A stretch of 62,475 bases of DNA, counting the filler. It is 20 parts of 20 records of this genome, joined end to end, with 100 filler letters (N's around TTAATTAATTAA, not from the genome) between each part and the next. Parts side by side here need not be neighbours in the genome. Positions count along the whole stretch, not along the records: positions 41,020 to 43,694 come from SRR36015646_30031; positions 43,795 to 47,151 come from SRR36015646_30466; positions 47,252 to 49,384 come from SRR36015646_32505; positions 49,485 to 52,171 come from SRR36015646_32539; positions 52,272 to 55,917 come from SRR36015646_32957; 15 more parts are not named here. One strand, written 5' to 3'. A model generated the notes under the pieces. That model searched no databases. It was given only the letters and a program-made list of their open reading frames with translations, and was not told the origin of the DNA. Both the position numbers and the translations under genes were made by a program. Positions within the stretch are counted from its first letter, which is position 1. Every line of letters begins with the position of its first letter. Shown here piece after piece: positions 41,020 through 52,432 of this stretch.

Positions 41020-43694
41020 GGTGATTTTAATGTGACATTGCAGGCTGCCCTAGATAGACAAGATGGTGCAATCGAAAGGCGCCCAAGAATACAAAAGGCG
41101 CTGAAAGACACTTGTAATAAATTAAGATTAATTGACTTATGGCGTACTATGCACGGCGTGGAAAGGCAATATACATTTAATAATCGTCGGGAAAACCTAA
41201 TTATCAAAGCCAGACTGGACAGAATATACACCTCACGCAGTATGCAAAGCGGCATAAACTCCTGTGAAATTGAAGCATGCAGTTTGTCGGACCACGAAGC
41301 CTTACAAATAAAGGTACAAGGTGTGAAAAAATTCCACAATAAAAGCCACAAGAACAGTAATCACTGGAGGTTGAATAATAATTTACTCGAAGACAAAGAC
41401 TACTGTGACCTTATAACTGATTTTCTGCACAGATGGACAGAACAGCAAATAAACTACACTGGAGACCTAACAAATTGGTGGGAGATTTGTAAGAACAAAA
41501 TAAAAATGATATCAATAAGTTATTCTGTACAGAAAGCACGGGAGGACATGGAATGTATAAAAGCACTGCAAGACGAGTTAAACCATATTATTAGAAGTGG
41601 AATGACGATGCCTGAAGACAAAAAGGAATATCAGGAGAAGAAAGATATACTAAACCAAATATACAAAAGACGTGCAGCAGATACTCTGACAAGGACCAAA
41701 TTTAAACATATAAATGAAGTAGACAAATCAACAAGGTATTTCTACCAGCTTGAAAAGGGAAGTAAAAATCGGCCTTCAACTGCTATAAAAGTTTTGCAAA
41801 CTGATGAGGATACTATAACAGACGATCAAAACGTAATAAGAGAACATATTGTTGATTTTTACACAAAACTGTACAGTAAAGAAGAAATAGATGAAACGGC
41901 AATAAATGAAATATTAAGCGACCTGCCACAATTAAATGAAGAAGAAAGACAAAACATAAATAAGCCACTTGCAGATGATGAATTTCTAAAGGCAATTAAG
42001 CAATCGAACAATAACTCCGCACCGGGATCTGATGGAATTACTAACGAGTTTTACAAAAAATTCTGGGACATCATCGGAATGCACTTATTAAAAGTTTTTA
42101 AAGAAATTTTATACAAGGGTCAACTTCCTCTTTCAATGCGTATAGCCATAATAACATTGCTGCTAAAGAAGCTAGCAGACCACAGATTAATTAAAAACTA
42201 TAGACCCGTTTCACTCTTAAACACAGATCTAAAATTACTAACTAAGGTATTGGCAAATAGGCTGAAAATTGTATTAGGAAAACTAATCCACCCAGATCAA
42301 ACATGCAGTGTGGATGGACGCAAGATCCACGACAACATTAATATGCTGAGAGACATCATCTTCTATGCAAAGGACAAGGACATGAAGCTCGCTATGCTCG
42401 CATTGGACCAAGAAAAGGCCTTCGACCGAATTGATCATAGATATCTTACTAAAGTCTTGGAAGGATTTGGCATTGGGGAATGGTTTACCCGCTGTATCCA
42501 AACAATATACAGCGATTCTCTCAGTTACATTAAGCTATCTGATGGGTTAGCTGGCCCAGTCAAGTTTGAACGTGGCATTAGGCAAGGGGATAGCCTAAGT
42601 ATGTCATTGTATGTGATTGCTATAGAACCCCTACTAAGATTGTTAAGAAAAAAACTAAACATCTATGGATTATCGCTGCCAGGATACAATGAAAGACTAG
42701 TTGTGTCAGCGTATGCAGACGATGTAACCATGTTGGTTACGTCGAAAGATGGCTTGCGTGTTGCAGAAGATGTGTATAGGACATTTGAAGCAGCTTCAGG
42801 CTCACTGCTCAATAAGTCAAAGTCAAAGAGTCTGTGGATTGGTAACTGGGAAGAAAATGACAAGGAAGTTAATTTTGCTAAAAATAGTGAAACTATAGAC
42901 GTGCTCGGAGTAACATTCGATGCAGATGGGGCACACAAGGATAACCTAGTGCAAATGGACGATAAACTAAAGGACGTACTACAGAGATGGCAAGGAGTTG
43001 GGTTTATGTTATCCTACCGTGGAAGATCACTCGTTGCAAATCAACTTGCAGCATCAAAGTTGTGGCACAAACTCAGTTCACTGAACCCAACTCAACAGCA
43101 AGTACACAAATGGCAACAGATGTTAAACAACTTCATGTGGTCGGGTAAGCATTGGGTAAATGCAACCACTATTCAGGCTCCTGTGGAACAAGGGGGCCAG
43201 GCACTTGTTAATGTACAGTCGAGAATTGCTGCATTCCGGTTAAGCCAGATTAAAAGGTTTATTCAAGGTTTTACACACCCATCCTATTTCTTAATGAAAT
43301 ACTACCTACAACAGAGCAATATACTAAGTTATGATAAGGAACTTTTCAATATTAACTTACAGCAGCAAAATATCACTAGCCATCACTCCGTTCCGGAATA
43401 TTACAATGAGCTACTGTCAACATGGATGCAACTAGATCCCGTGAGGAATGTGAAACCAATGAGTTGGGAGGAAGCTAAAAGTGAACCACTGTTTTGTAAC
43501 CCGCTAATACAAGACACTATCAGACAGCACACCCTGTTCTCAAAATCTCTAGCGGATAGAAAAATTGTGCAAGTGCAAGACATGTTCGACGATCAGAAGC
43601 AAGAGTTCAAAATAGCGAACACACTTATTACACCTGACATGACACGTTCGCAAGTTCGTGTGTTCACAAATGATTTTGAAAGAGTCATTACAGT
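41020..43694 (+). CDS. Tx1/L1-clade LINE ORF2 (APE C-half + RT), truncated at both ends
   Basis: GDFN, ARLDRIY, LSDH, DKSTRYFY, SAPGSDG, NYRPVSLLNTD, DQEKAFDRI, GIRQGDSLS, AYADD, LSYRGR..N.LAASKLWH. Confidence 0.93.
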
Positions 43695-43826
43695 NNNNNN
43701 NNNNNNNNNNNNNNNNNNNNNNNNNNNNNNNNNNNNNNTTAATTAATTAANNNNNNNNNNNNNNNNNNNNNNNNNNNNNNNNNNNNNNNNNNNNCCCAAA
43801 CCCAACATAATACGGACAAAATTACG

Positions 43827-44849
43827 TTATGCATTAATCTCTAGAACCATTCGTTTTGTTACTTCTAATTTTTGATCTATGTCCATTTCTAAATACCGAA
43901 GGTATGCGTCCGAACGCCAGTCGCCGTGGTTTTTTATTGACTCGGTGCGGGCGTTACATTTGAAGGCGTAGGTTGCGCCACCCCTGCGTAAACTATGCCC
44001 GCTGTAATTTTGAGGTTCAAGGCCTTGTGCCTCCAAGCAGCTACGTAATTTGAGCACAAATAATGAATGGTTTAAAGCATAGAGTTTTCCTTCTATGTAC
44101 CAAGAGAACGCTGGTGCAGTTTTCTCTGTTGGGCACAATTTTATAAAGTGCAGCCATGCATTTTTGGCGCAGAGTAAGCTACTTGGGTTGGCCATTATTG
44201 GGACAGTTATGACCCGGCTACCATGCTGGTTGGTTTTAGAATAGCGAAATGAGACAGCTAAGCCATATTCAGTGACTTCTATGTCACTTCTCACAAGGTC
44301 TCGTGCTGGGCTAAAAGTGCCAAGTGTTTTTGGCACTAGGTTTGCCTTTCTGGCAAATGAAAAGAACCCTATTATTATGGCCGCCCAGAAAGCAGCATCT
44401 TCAGGTGTATTTAAATTAATGAAGGGGAGCATATTTGTTAACATACTCGGGGTTATTGGTAGCTTCTGTGAGGGCAATGTAGACAATTTGCGTTGCAAAC
44501 ATTTTAAGGTTAGCTTTATCTGGAAACTGTCTAATATATATTTTGTAGTTTCGCAGTCTAAAAGTTTCAACAGGAATTTTATTGCGCTGAGATGATTTAG
44601 TATTGTGCTATGAGCTTTAACAGTTTTTGATAGCAGTTCAAGATAGATGCAAATATTTTCTGGTGTTATTGAATTAGGGCTTAAACTAAAACGAAGGCAG
44701 TAAGACAAAAATGATTGCCAGTGTGATTTATAGTTTTTGTATGTGCCTGGTGCGAGTGCCTCTTTTATGTAATCACGGTGCTGCCGTTGCAGCATTTGAT
44801 ACTGAAGCGCCGCTGGCGTTCCTATAACAAGAAGAAAATTAAAAAGCAT
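43827..44849 (-). CDS. Tyrosine recombinase of a Ngaro/DIRS-type retrotransposon
   Basis: FFSFARKANL (R), YSKTNQ (K), GHSLRRGGAT (HxxR), HGDWRSDAYLRY (W...Y). The true 5' end may be spliced. Confidence 0.92.
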   Translation of the reverse strand: MLFNFLLVIGTPAALQYQMLQRQHRDYIKEALAPGTYKNYKSHWQSFLSYCLRFSLSPNSITPENICIYLELLSKTVKAHSTILNHLSAIKFLLKLLDCETTKYILDSFQIKLTLKCLQRKLSTLPSQKLPITPSMLTNMLPFINLNTPEDAAFWAAIIIGFFSFARKANLVPKTLGTFSPARDLVRSDIEVTEYGLAVSFRYSKTNQHGSRVITVPIMANPSSLLCAKNAWLHFIKLCPTEKTAPAFSWYIEGKLYALNHSLFVLKLRSCLEAQGLEPQNYSGHSLRRGGATYAFKCNARTESIKNHGDWRSDAYLRYLEMDIDQKLEVTKRMVLEINA

Positions 44850-44940
44850 TTTAGAAAGGCCTAATGCTCACCTGCATGTGTTATTGACATATTAAATTTA
44901 CATATCAGGTTTTAGCATACATTTACCACTTGCGCGTACT

Positions 44941-47073
44941 TTACCACTTGTGTGTAAAGTCAAATAATGTTTTGTCCACGTCAATGCAGGACACTTTATT
45001 TTGTGTTAGGGTAGCAAACATCTCTGAATGTGTTTTGCCTAAGTGCCAGCGACTTAAAGAATCTGCGATCCTATTTTGGGAACCGGCTAGATAAACTGCA
45101 TGCAGCTCAAAGCCCAGAAGGGACTGGTAATATACAATCTCTCTCGCACATTTTTGAAGAAAGAGGTTTTTAGCTTTGCCAGAGTTTATTACACCTACCG
45201 ATACCTGGTTATCACAGTTGATTGTTATCTGCTGGCCATACCATGTTTTCGCCCAGATTTTTATTGCAACAATAATAGCTAGAAGTTCCAATGCATTTAT
45301 ACTTAAACCGAGGTGTTTAATGCTATCCGGAAATTCGCAGTGAAAGGCTTCGCTGTTAAATATCGCACCGCAGCCCGTCAGGCAACTATCGCTCTGAAAT
45401 ATCTCGTCTGCAGTTGACCACATTTCTTCAGGTATTAGTGAAACTCCGTTATATAAACGCAAGAATTTATTCCACCATAATATGTCGGCGTTGAACTCGC
45501 TATCACACCTGAAGTGGTGAGAGTTGCGCTTAATGGACCTGAGTTTATTTAGCAGTCTTGACGTAAATACTCTAGAGGGGCGAACACAATTTGATATGAA
45601 CATTAATTTTCCTAATAAACTTTGCAGCTCGCGTTTAGTACTTTTTTGTTTTAGCAGCCAGCTATCTGTTAGGGCAATTAGTTCTGTTAAACGCTCCTCG
45701 GTGACCTCACGGGTCATCTTAGTAGTGTCAAACCATACTCCGAGTACTTCCATGCGCGTGGAGGGGGGTACAGCTTTATCGAGAGATTCTTCGATATTTA
45801 AGTCATTTAGAATGTTACTTAGTGCAGCATAGGTTTCAGTTGCTTTAGCGTCTGTGTTCACGCCGAAAAAATCGTCTACATAATTAAGGACGTCATTATG
45901 CCCTGCTACATTTAATATGTAAATTACCGCGTTAGTTATACGTTGGCAGGCCATGGCGGACATTCTTGAACCAAACATCAAGGCTAAATCTATAAAGATG
46001 CGGCCTCGCCACATAAAACCCTGCAGGTGATAATCGTGTGGGTCAACACGAAATTGCCTATATGCTCGGCTCAGATCTCTTTTGAACATTAGACACCCCT
46101 TGCCATATTTCCGTACAAGGGCGCTGAACATGTCTACGGTCGGGTATGTTAATTTAATGGGCTGCCCAAGATACATGTCTTTAGGGATGCCATCATTTAC
46201 AGATCTTTCGGCTGGGAATGATAAGTCAACTACAACCCTCCTTCCTGCAGTGCTTCCCTTTTTAGGTACAGTTTGAAGGGGTGATATTCTAATTTCAGTG
46301 CTCAGGGGGTTTGCTTTAAAAGGGCCTAGCAGTGCGCCAAGCCGCAGCTCTTTTGCTATGTAATTATCAACATCAGTCGCGAACTGCAGTGCAGATGAGT
46401 GATTTTTGTATATTGAAACTGGTAGCTCTTTTGATATATAGCCTATAGGCCAACCGAACTCGATAAAGTTAACAATTTCCTTATCTTCGTAGTTGGTTAG
46501 TAGTTGTTTCCAACGCTTGACATTCAGTGTTGTCTGCAGAGGCATGCGACACTTTTCATAATTGTATGTACCAGAGGCGTATATCTTGCTATGCATAAGT
46601 CTAGCCTCGCGTAACAAGTCATTACCGTTTGTGCTTAATGAGCACGAATATGCCAAGCATGTTATAGCTATTATGAGGCATACCAGGCCAGCAAACATAC
46701 CCAAAGCGTGCGTTGCGTTGCTAAATTGGTGGGCGTTAGTTGGGTCAGCTTTGTTAGGTCCCGAATTTTGTACACGAGCGTGCAAACTGGTAGCGTGCAG
46801 TGTCGGGCTCTCTGTTCGCAATGCGTTAGGAACAAGCGTGCGTTTCGGTCTCACCGGCTTGACCCTCTGTGGCAATTGTGCGTGCGTAAACAGTGGCTCC
46901 ACAATATTTAGCTCGCTCTGCAAACATGTATTCACAGGAGTAAGCTGAGGCATGCTAGTGCATGGATTGCTGTATGTTAATTTACGTGTAGGGGGCAAAC
47001 CTTGAGCGGAAATGCGATTATCTGTTTCATTTGTATGTTCGAGTACTACAATGGATGAATTACACACCAGCAG
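44941..47073 (-). CDS. Ngaro/DIRS RT-RNase H
   Basis: GWPIGY, ISPL..VPKK..RRVVVDLSFP..SVNDGI, KRDLSRAYRQ, LMFG, NYVDDF, LQSLLGKL, QSDSCLTGCG, INALELL, NCDN, NRIADSLSR. No methyltransferase domain before the recombinase. Confidence 0.93.
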   Translation of the reverse strand: MLVCNSSIVVLEHTNETDNRISAQGLPPTRKLTYSNPCTSMPQLTPVNTCLQSELNIVEPLFTHAQLPQRVKPVRPKRTLVPNALRTESPTLHATSLHARVQNSGPNKADPTNAHQFSNATHALGMFAGLVCLIIAITCLAYSCSLSTNGNDLLREARLMHSKIYASGTYNYEKCRMPLQTTLNVKRWKQLLTNYEDKEIVNFIEFGWPIGYISKELPVSIYKNHSSALQFATDVDNYIAKELRLGALLGPFKANPLSTEIRISPLQTVPKKGSTAGRRVVVDLSFPAERSVNDGIPKDMYLGQPIKLTYPTVDMFSALVRKYGKGCLMFKRDLSRAYRQFRVDPHDYHLQGFMWRGRIFIDLALMFGSRMSAMACQRITNAVIYILNVAGHNDVLNYVDDFFGVNTDAKATETYAALSNILNDLNIEESLDKAVPPSTRMEVLGVWFDTTKMTREVTEERLTELIALTDSWLLKQKSTKRELQSLLGKLMFISNCVRPSRVFTSRLLNKLRSIKRNSHHFRCDSEFNADILWWNKFLRLYNGVSLIPEEMWSTADEIFQSDSCLTGCGAIFNSEAFHCEFPDSIKHLGLSINALELLAIIVAIKIWAKTWYGQQITINCDNQVSVGVINSGKAKNLFLQKCAREIVYYQSLLGFELHAVYLAGSQNRIADSLSRWHLGKTHSEMFATLTQNKVSCIDVDKTLFDFTHKW

Positions 47074-47151
47074 TCAACTATTTTGAGTGCAATCATTGGA
47101 AACTGCAGAGTGTAGTCCCACGTTTCCAACTTCAGCACACTTTGCACAAAT
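47074..47151 (-). CDS. C-terminus of a Ngaro/DIRS gag-like ORF
   Basis: ICAKCAEVGNVGLHSAVSNDCTQNS* (C-x2-C...H...C), in frame with the RT ORF behind TGA CTG. Confidence 0.6.
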   Translation of the reverse strand: MCAKCAEVGNVGLHSAVSNDCTQNS

Positions 47152-47251
47152 NNNNNNNNNNNNNNNNNNNNNNNNNNNNNNNNNNNNNNNNNNNNTTAAT
47201 TAATTAANNNNNNNNNNNNNNNNNNNNNNNNNNNNNNNNNNNNNNNNNNNN

Positions 47252-49384
47252 GATCGGCTGACCACCCGATATGGTCAGCCAAGACTTCAGAAAAACCGTC
47301 TTCTCGCAAAGTTGGCCGATATGTCACCCATTGACAAAGGATCCAATAAAAGTATGCGAGAAGCGGTGGATGAGCTAACTGCAACTGTACGTGCCCTAAG
47401 AAATCAGAACGTCTCAATAGAGCAGTTCTCAGTCATGATGCCACTGATTGAGAGTAAGCTGCCACGTGATTGGAAGATAGAATGGGCACGGAAACACCAA
47501 TCAGAGGAAGAACAATCATTCCAATCATTCCTTGATTTCATGGAGGCGGAAATCACCATACAAGAGACAGCTGATGTCACCTACAAGGAAACAGCAAATC
47601 GTCAGGATTATCCACCTTCAAGGAACAACTCTAGGAACACATCGCCTCGGATGTCAGCATCTGCTCTGGTAGCTATAGTAGAAGGATGCACATTCTGCAA
47701 GGGGAATCACGCGCCATTACGATGTCGTGCCCCAATGTCAAGCTGGCAACGTCGCCAGAAAGTATGGCTAGCCAATGCTTGCCGGAAATGTGGTAGAAAG
47801 GGACATAACACCGCCAAGTGTACTTGGAATGGCAAGTGCAACTGTGGTAAAAATCACATTAGGCAGTTGTGCACTGGGAGTTATATGAAACCAGCCAGTC
47901 AAGGGACTCGAGAGACATCCTTGCCAAAGGAAACAAATCAAGAATCCGATAAAGATGGTACTAAAACCCAAAATCCACTCTCAGCACGACTAGGAAAACT
48001 GATCGCTGATACCCATGCCAAGGGCCTGAGGATGCGAACAGTTTGTGTTGAGATTGGGGGACATCTTGTTCGAGCACTCTGTGACACTGGGGCCACTTAC
48101 ACAATTATTTCCAAAAATATTGCAGAACAGGTTCCAAAGAAACAGATAGGACGACAACAACTGAACATCGAGACCTTCAAAGATACCATGACAGAAACCT
48201 TCGATATAATTGAGCTAACGGTCAGGGGAAAAGGCCATCCTGGTACACTTACCTTCCAGGCCCTGGTCACTAATGATCTGCAAGGACACTTTGACCGTGT
48301 CAGTGAAGATTGCTTGATGGCATTAGAAGAGAAGGTAGGGCGCGGAAATTGCCCACTAGCCGACATATATGGCGAGGGAAATGATCCCATTGGTATTATC
48401 TTTGGAGAAGATTGTTATGATAGAATCGTTATGGATCGTCCCATACAGCTTAGGGATGGATTCAAAGCCACAGCCACCATCTTTGGGTGGATGTTACATG
48501 GAGGAGCCGGCTCAGTTATTTGCCAGAATCGTGCAACAATACAGGAGCAGCTATCCAGGTTCTGGGACCTAGAGCATATAGGTATAAAGGAGGAGGAATT
48601 GTGCGACAAAGACCTGGAGAGGGATATGCGAGCACACATATATCAACAAGAAGATGGGCATTACGTTCTAGGGTTTCCATGGAAACCCAATGCCAAAAAA
48701 CATCTCGCCCTCAATAAAGGGATCAGTGAAGCCAGACTCCAGAAACTACTAAATCGACAAACAAAGGAGGAGTACCAGATATATGACAACCAGATCAAAA
48801 TGCTCCAGTCTGAAGGACACATCGAGGAGCTACCAGAAGGGGCTAAACCATTATCCTATCTCCCTCATAAAGGAGTGACAAAGCTTAGCTCAGAAACTAC
48901 GAAACTACGAGTTGTCATGGACGCCTCCGCCAAGTCCGGTGGTGGCTTGTCTTTGAATGATGCCCTGGATAATGGGCCAAATCTTCTCCCTCTATTATGG
49001 GGGGTCATATTACGGTTTCGTATTGGAGAAACTGGTATCATCGGAGATTTAGAGAAAGCCTTCCTTCAGATTGTATTGGAGGAGGAGGACCGAAATACTT
49101 GTTGTTTTCTGTGGACATGTCCAGACAACGTGACAAGAGTATACCGTATGACAAGAGTCATGTTTGGGGCGAAACCGTCGCCATTTATGCTACAAGTAAC
49201 TTTAAAGCATCATCTTGAGCAGCATCTTGGAGAGACTGCCAAGTTACTATTACGGAACGTATATGTTGATGACATCATCAATTCACTGGATACTGCAGAA
49301 GAAGCCATCCAGTTTTGTACTGAGGCCAAAGCTATTCTTCTGAAGGGAAGGTTCAACCTCAGAAAAATTAAATCTAACAAAGCA
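47252..49384 (+). CDS. BEL/Pao gag-pol fragment (gag, Cys/His knuckles, protease, RT)
   Basis: LTTRYGQP, ESKLP, CTFCKGNH..C, CRKCGRKGH..C, CNCGKNHIRQLC, LCDTGA, TIFGW, FWDLEHIGI, YLPHKGV, KLRVVMDAS, SLNDAL..GPNL, DLEKAFLQI, RVMFG..SPF, YVDD. Confidence 0.93.
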
Positions 49385-49490
49385 NNNNNNNNNNNNNNNN
49401 NNNNNNNNNNNNNNNNNNNNNNNNNNNNTTAATTAATTAANNNNNNNNNNNNNNNNNNNNNNNNNNNNNNNNNNNNNNNNNNNNTGCAGC

Positions 49491-50678
49491 ATGGCGATTG
49501 GTGGCAAGACCAGAGTCAATCTGTTACGTTTGAAACAAGGTCTGGAAAAGTTGAGACGTGTGAAGGGAACCAAGAAGCGTCGGGCGTGGGTTGATGATCT
49601 AAAAACGTCCGATATAAGAACGTTCTGCTCGTGCATCAAAAAAGTTGTCGCAAACCCAGACCGTTACGTGACGAAAAAAACCAAAAAAGTTTTGCAGAGG
49701 AAACGGAAATTGCTTCGTGATCTTGCCAACAGAACTGACGGTGTGGACGTGAAAAGAGGACAACTTCGCAAGCTGCTGGCATCACATTCGGGCGGCTTTA
49801 TTATTCGTACGTATACAGCTATATTTTTAACAAATTTTGCCCACCCAGAACGGTCCTGCGAACGCTCTACCCGTTTCGCACTTGTCAAAAAAAATTCGGA
49901 ACATTTTGCCAAAAAGAAATATTTTTTTCCAGCGCTCTAGCGGATTCGCACTTGCGAAAGAGTTTATTTTGGCATTAAAAAATATTTTTTTCCAGTGGCA
50001 GAAGAGGCTATTAGGAACTTTTTTTTGTCAGTTCTGGATCTGGACCTGTGAAATAGTTTTTTTTTGAACATTCATTGTGAACATTTTCCAACACCGATAG
50101 CAAAAACTATGATAATTTATAAATTGAATTTAAATCAGTGACACAAAACTAATTCTTACCTTGCACTCCTTGCTCAGTCATCTCGGACTGAATGGCAGAC
50201 TTGTAACTATCACTAGCAATATTTTTTCCAGCCATCTTGTATACTATTGTGTGTGTTTGAGAGTTTGTGAACAAAGTGAATAGCTATTATTTTTCAGAGC
50301 CTTTTATAGTGGGGATGGTCGATTTTGGGCCGGATTTTGCTCAAAACATCATGCATTTGGGCTTTTCCAAAAAAAAACCATTCCATCAACACATTTGGGT
50401 TTTTCCAAAAATTTCTACTTTAGATCCGTGATGGGTCCAATAATAGGACACTAGATCCGTGTTTCATTTCTGGAAACGTTGTTCCACGAATGAATACAAA
50501 GACGTGCAGAGCACGATCTCCGGAGTGAACTCCGACGAGATGTTTTTTATTGGAGTCACTTCATATTTTTCTGTGGTGACTTACTATAATCATGTGTATA
50601 TTTATTATAGCCGCCCTTCTTGGTTTCCTGGCGCCGCTTTTGGGCAAGCTCATTGCCGGAAAAATAGGCAAAAAGTGA
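49491..50678 (+). CDS. Maverick/Polinton small basic core-like protein, predicted spliced (49491-49806 + 50611-50678)
   Basis: K/R-rich, ending LRKLLASHSGGFII. Joining C|GTACGT with tttattatAG|CC gives ...SGGFIIPALLGFLAPLLGKLIAGKIGKK*, resembling the GG-F-amphipathic tail I recall for the conserved small Maverick ORF. Confidence 0.68.
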
Positions 50679-51280
50679 TGGCAAAGGAGGTTAGACGTGA
50701 TGGAACTGCTCCAACTCTCTCCGTGCACGAAAAAATCTTCGACACGTTTGCCGATCCAACGAAAATCATAGCTCTTGAGTTGGAGGAGAAAATTCGGAAT
50801 ATTCTCAACACCAACAACCTGGACATATCCAGTAGAGTGGCGATATATTTCGACCTGTTGAGACGTTATATGAACATTATACTGAACGAGAAACAGCCGA
50901 CAACTCCCGATCTCTACTTAGCTCAGCAACAGCATCAGGACGATGGCGATGCTGCGATCGAAAAAGACGGCGTCCAATCCGCATTCGCCTATCTCCACTC
51001 TGGAAGAACGCCGAAACAAACTGTTGCCATAAAACGCATTTTAAACATTATTGACAATAATTCTAATTTAGGCGTGACCAGTAATAACGAACTGAGACAC
51101 AAATCAAGTACAGTTGAAAATAGTAATATTGCAGATGTTATAACCAGTCTGGTTTCTGGTAGAAAGTTCTCTAAAGGCAGAATACCGCCGGGTGTTACAG
51201 AAGTGCTCCCCTATCTGAAACGTAGCATGGTTTTAAACAGGAGTGTTCCTATGCGGGCTAAAAAAATTAAGCAATTGTAA
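50678..51280 (+). CDS. Maverick/Polinton conserved hypothetical protein
   Basis: The ATG overlaps the previous stop (TGATG). LEEKIRNILN..LDISSRVAIY..LLRRY and ..NNEL..SNIADVITSLV..PPG resemble the conserved Maverick ORF usually found near the integrase. Confidence 0.6.
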   Translation: MAKEVRRDGTAPTLSVHEKIFDTFADPTKIIALELEEKIRNILNTNNLDISSRVAIYFDLLRRYMNIILNEKQPTTPDLYLAQQQHQDDGDAAIEKDGVQSAFAYLHSGRTPKQTVAIKRILNIIDNNSNLGVTSNNELRHKSSTVENSNIADVITSLVSGRKFSKGRIPPGVTEVLPYLKRSMVLNRSVPMRAKKIKQL

Positions 51281-51639
51281 TTTTTGAGTGAACATATTAC
51301 TGTATATAATAAAATTCTCGGTGTTTGGTATATTATAACCTATAACGAGAGTCGTGTTTTCTGTTCAAACTCCACACACCCGACATTATAATGTTTTTCC
51401 CTATAGTATAACGCAGAGCCGTGTTTGGATAGACATGTAAACAAAAACACATGCAAGCACAAATACCTCTTGTGTTTGTATACCCGGAATTAACTTTCCC
51501 GTCTACCAAGTATTATGTCATCGTGATTTGAAACCGAAAATAAATGTCTTTTTAGAAAAATACTGTCTTTACCAACCATCTAAAACCGTATGCCGGTTCT
51601 GGGCTTACTTTTCAAAACAAAACATTATGCTGTATATCT

Positions 51640-52137
51640 ATGCCGGTCTCCAAACTGATTCCCCCATTCCCCGCCAGAATGTCACAGGGTGAGGATGTGG
51701 ACTTCATATGCCGTATTACAAAATATAAGAGAGTAAAGGCTGAAAATGGCATACTAACTGTATACTATAGAGGTTCATACAAAGGTGCGACTTGGAGCCA
51801 GTGGGTGCTATCGCAGAATGATGTGCTAACTATGTTAAAAATTCGCACTGCCATTGAAAAAAAAGTCGTCGATAAGAGCAGCTGCCGATTTGCCATAACT
51901 GAAACACTGCACTTTATGCTAACGAAATATTGTGGGTATAGTGGGTTGCTAGTACATTTGATAAATGCGAACGGTGCACATCATGTTTCGCTAAAGCCTA
52001 AGAACTTCAAACGGTTTTTGGATTGTCTTCATTGCTGCGCAGATGGTACAGTTCCACGCTTCACCAGCAGGATAAAGAATAAAAATATGAACACATTGAA
52101 CGTGCAAAAGAACGTACGATCTACACACATAATCTAG
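51640..52137 (+). CDS. Hypothetical Maverick-associated protein, possibly with a PC4-like ssDNA-binding fold
   Basis: 165-aa ORF co-oriented with the Maverick ORFs; two beta-rich segments, each ending in an amphipathic helix (VLSQNDVLTML; SLKPKNFKRFL). The fold call is only a guess. Confidence 0.35.
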   Translation: MPVSKLIPPFPARMSQGEDVDFICRITKYKRVKAENGILTVYYRGSYKGATWSQWVLSQNDVLTMLKIRTAIEKKVVDKSSCRFAITETLHFMLTKYCGYSGLLVHLINANGAHHVSLKPKNFKRFLDCLHCCADGTVPRFTSRIKNKNMNTLNVQKNVRSTHII

Positions 52138-52432
52138 ATTGACTTGGTGTGGTTGTGAACAGCTTTGGAAANNNNNNNNNNNNNNNNNNNNNNNNNNNNN
52201 NNNNNNNNNNNNNNNTTAATTAATTAANNNNNNNNNNNNNNNNNNNNNNNNNNNNNNNNNNNNNNNNNNNNACCATATACTAACATGTTTATATGCTGAT
52301 ATGCTTATATGTCTTTACTTATCAAACTAATATTTTGTTTATTTACAGGTGCTGAAGTGGTCATCACCAGAGATTCATAAGTAAAAAGCATAAGCCTCTC
52401 ATTGCATCATCACCAGAGACCTTTTCAAAACA

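Noticed and set aside
47256-47280. Perfect 9-bp hairpin ggctgacca/tggtcagcc
   Set aside because: It lies within BEL gag coding sequence with no recoding context; probably incidental.
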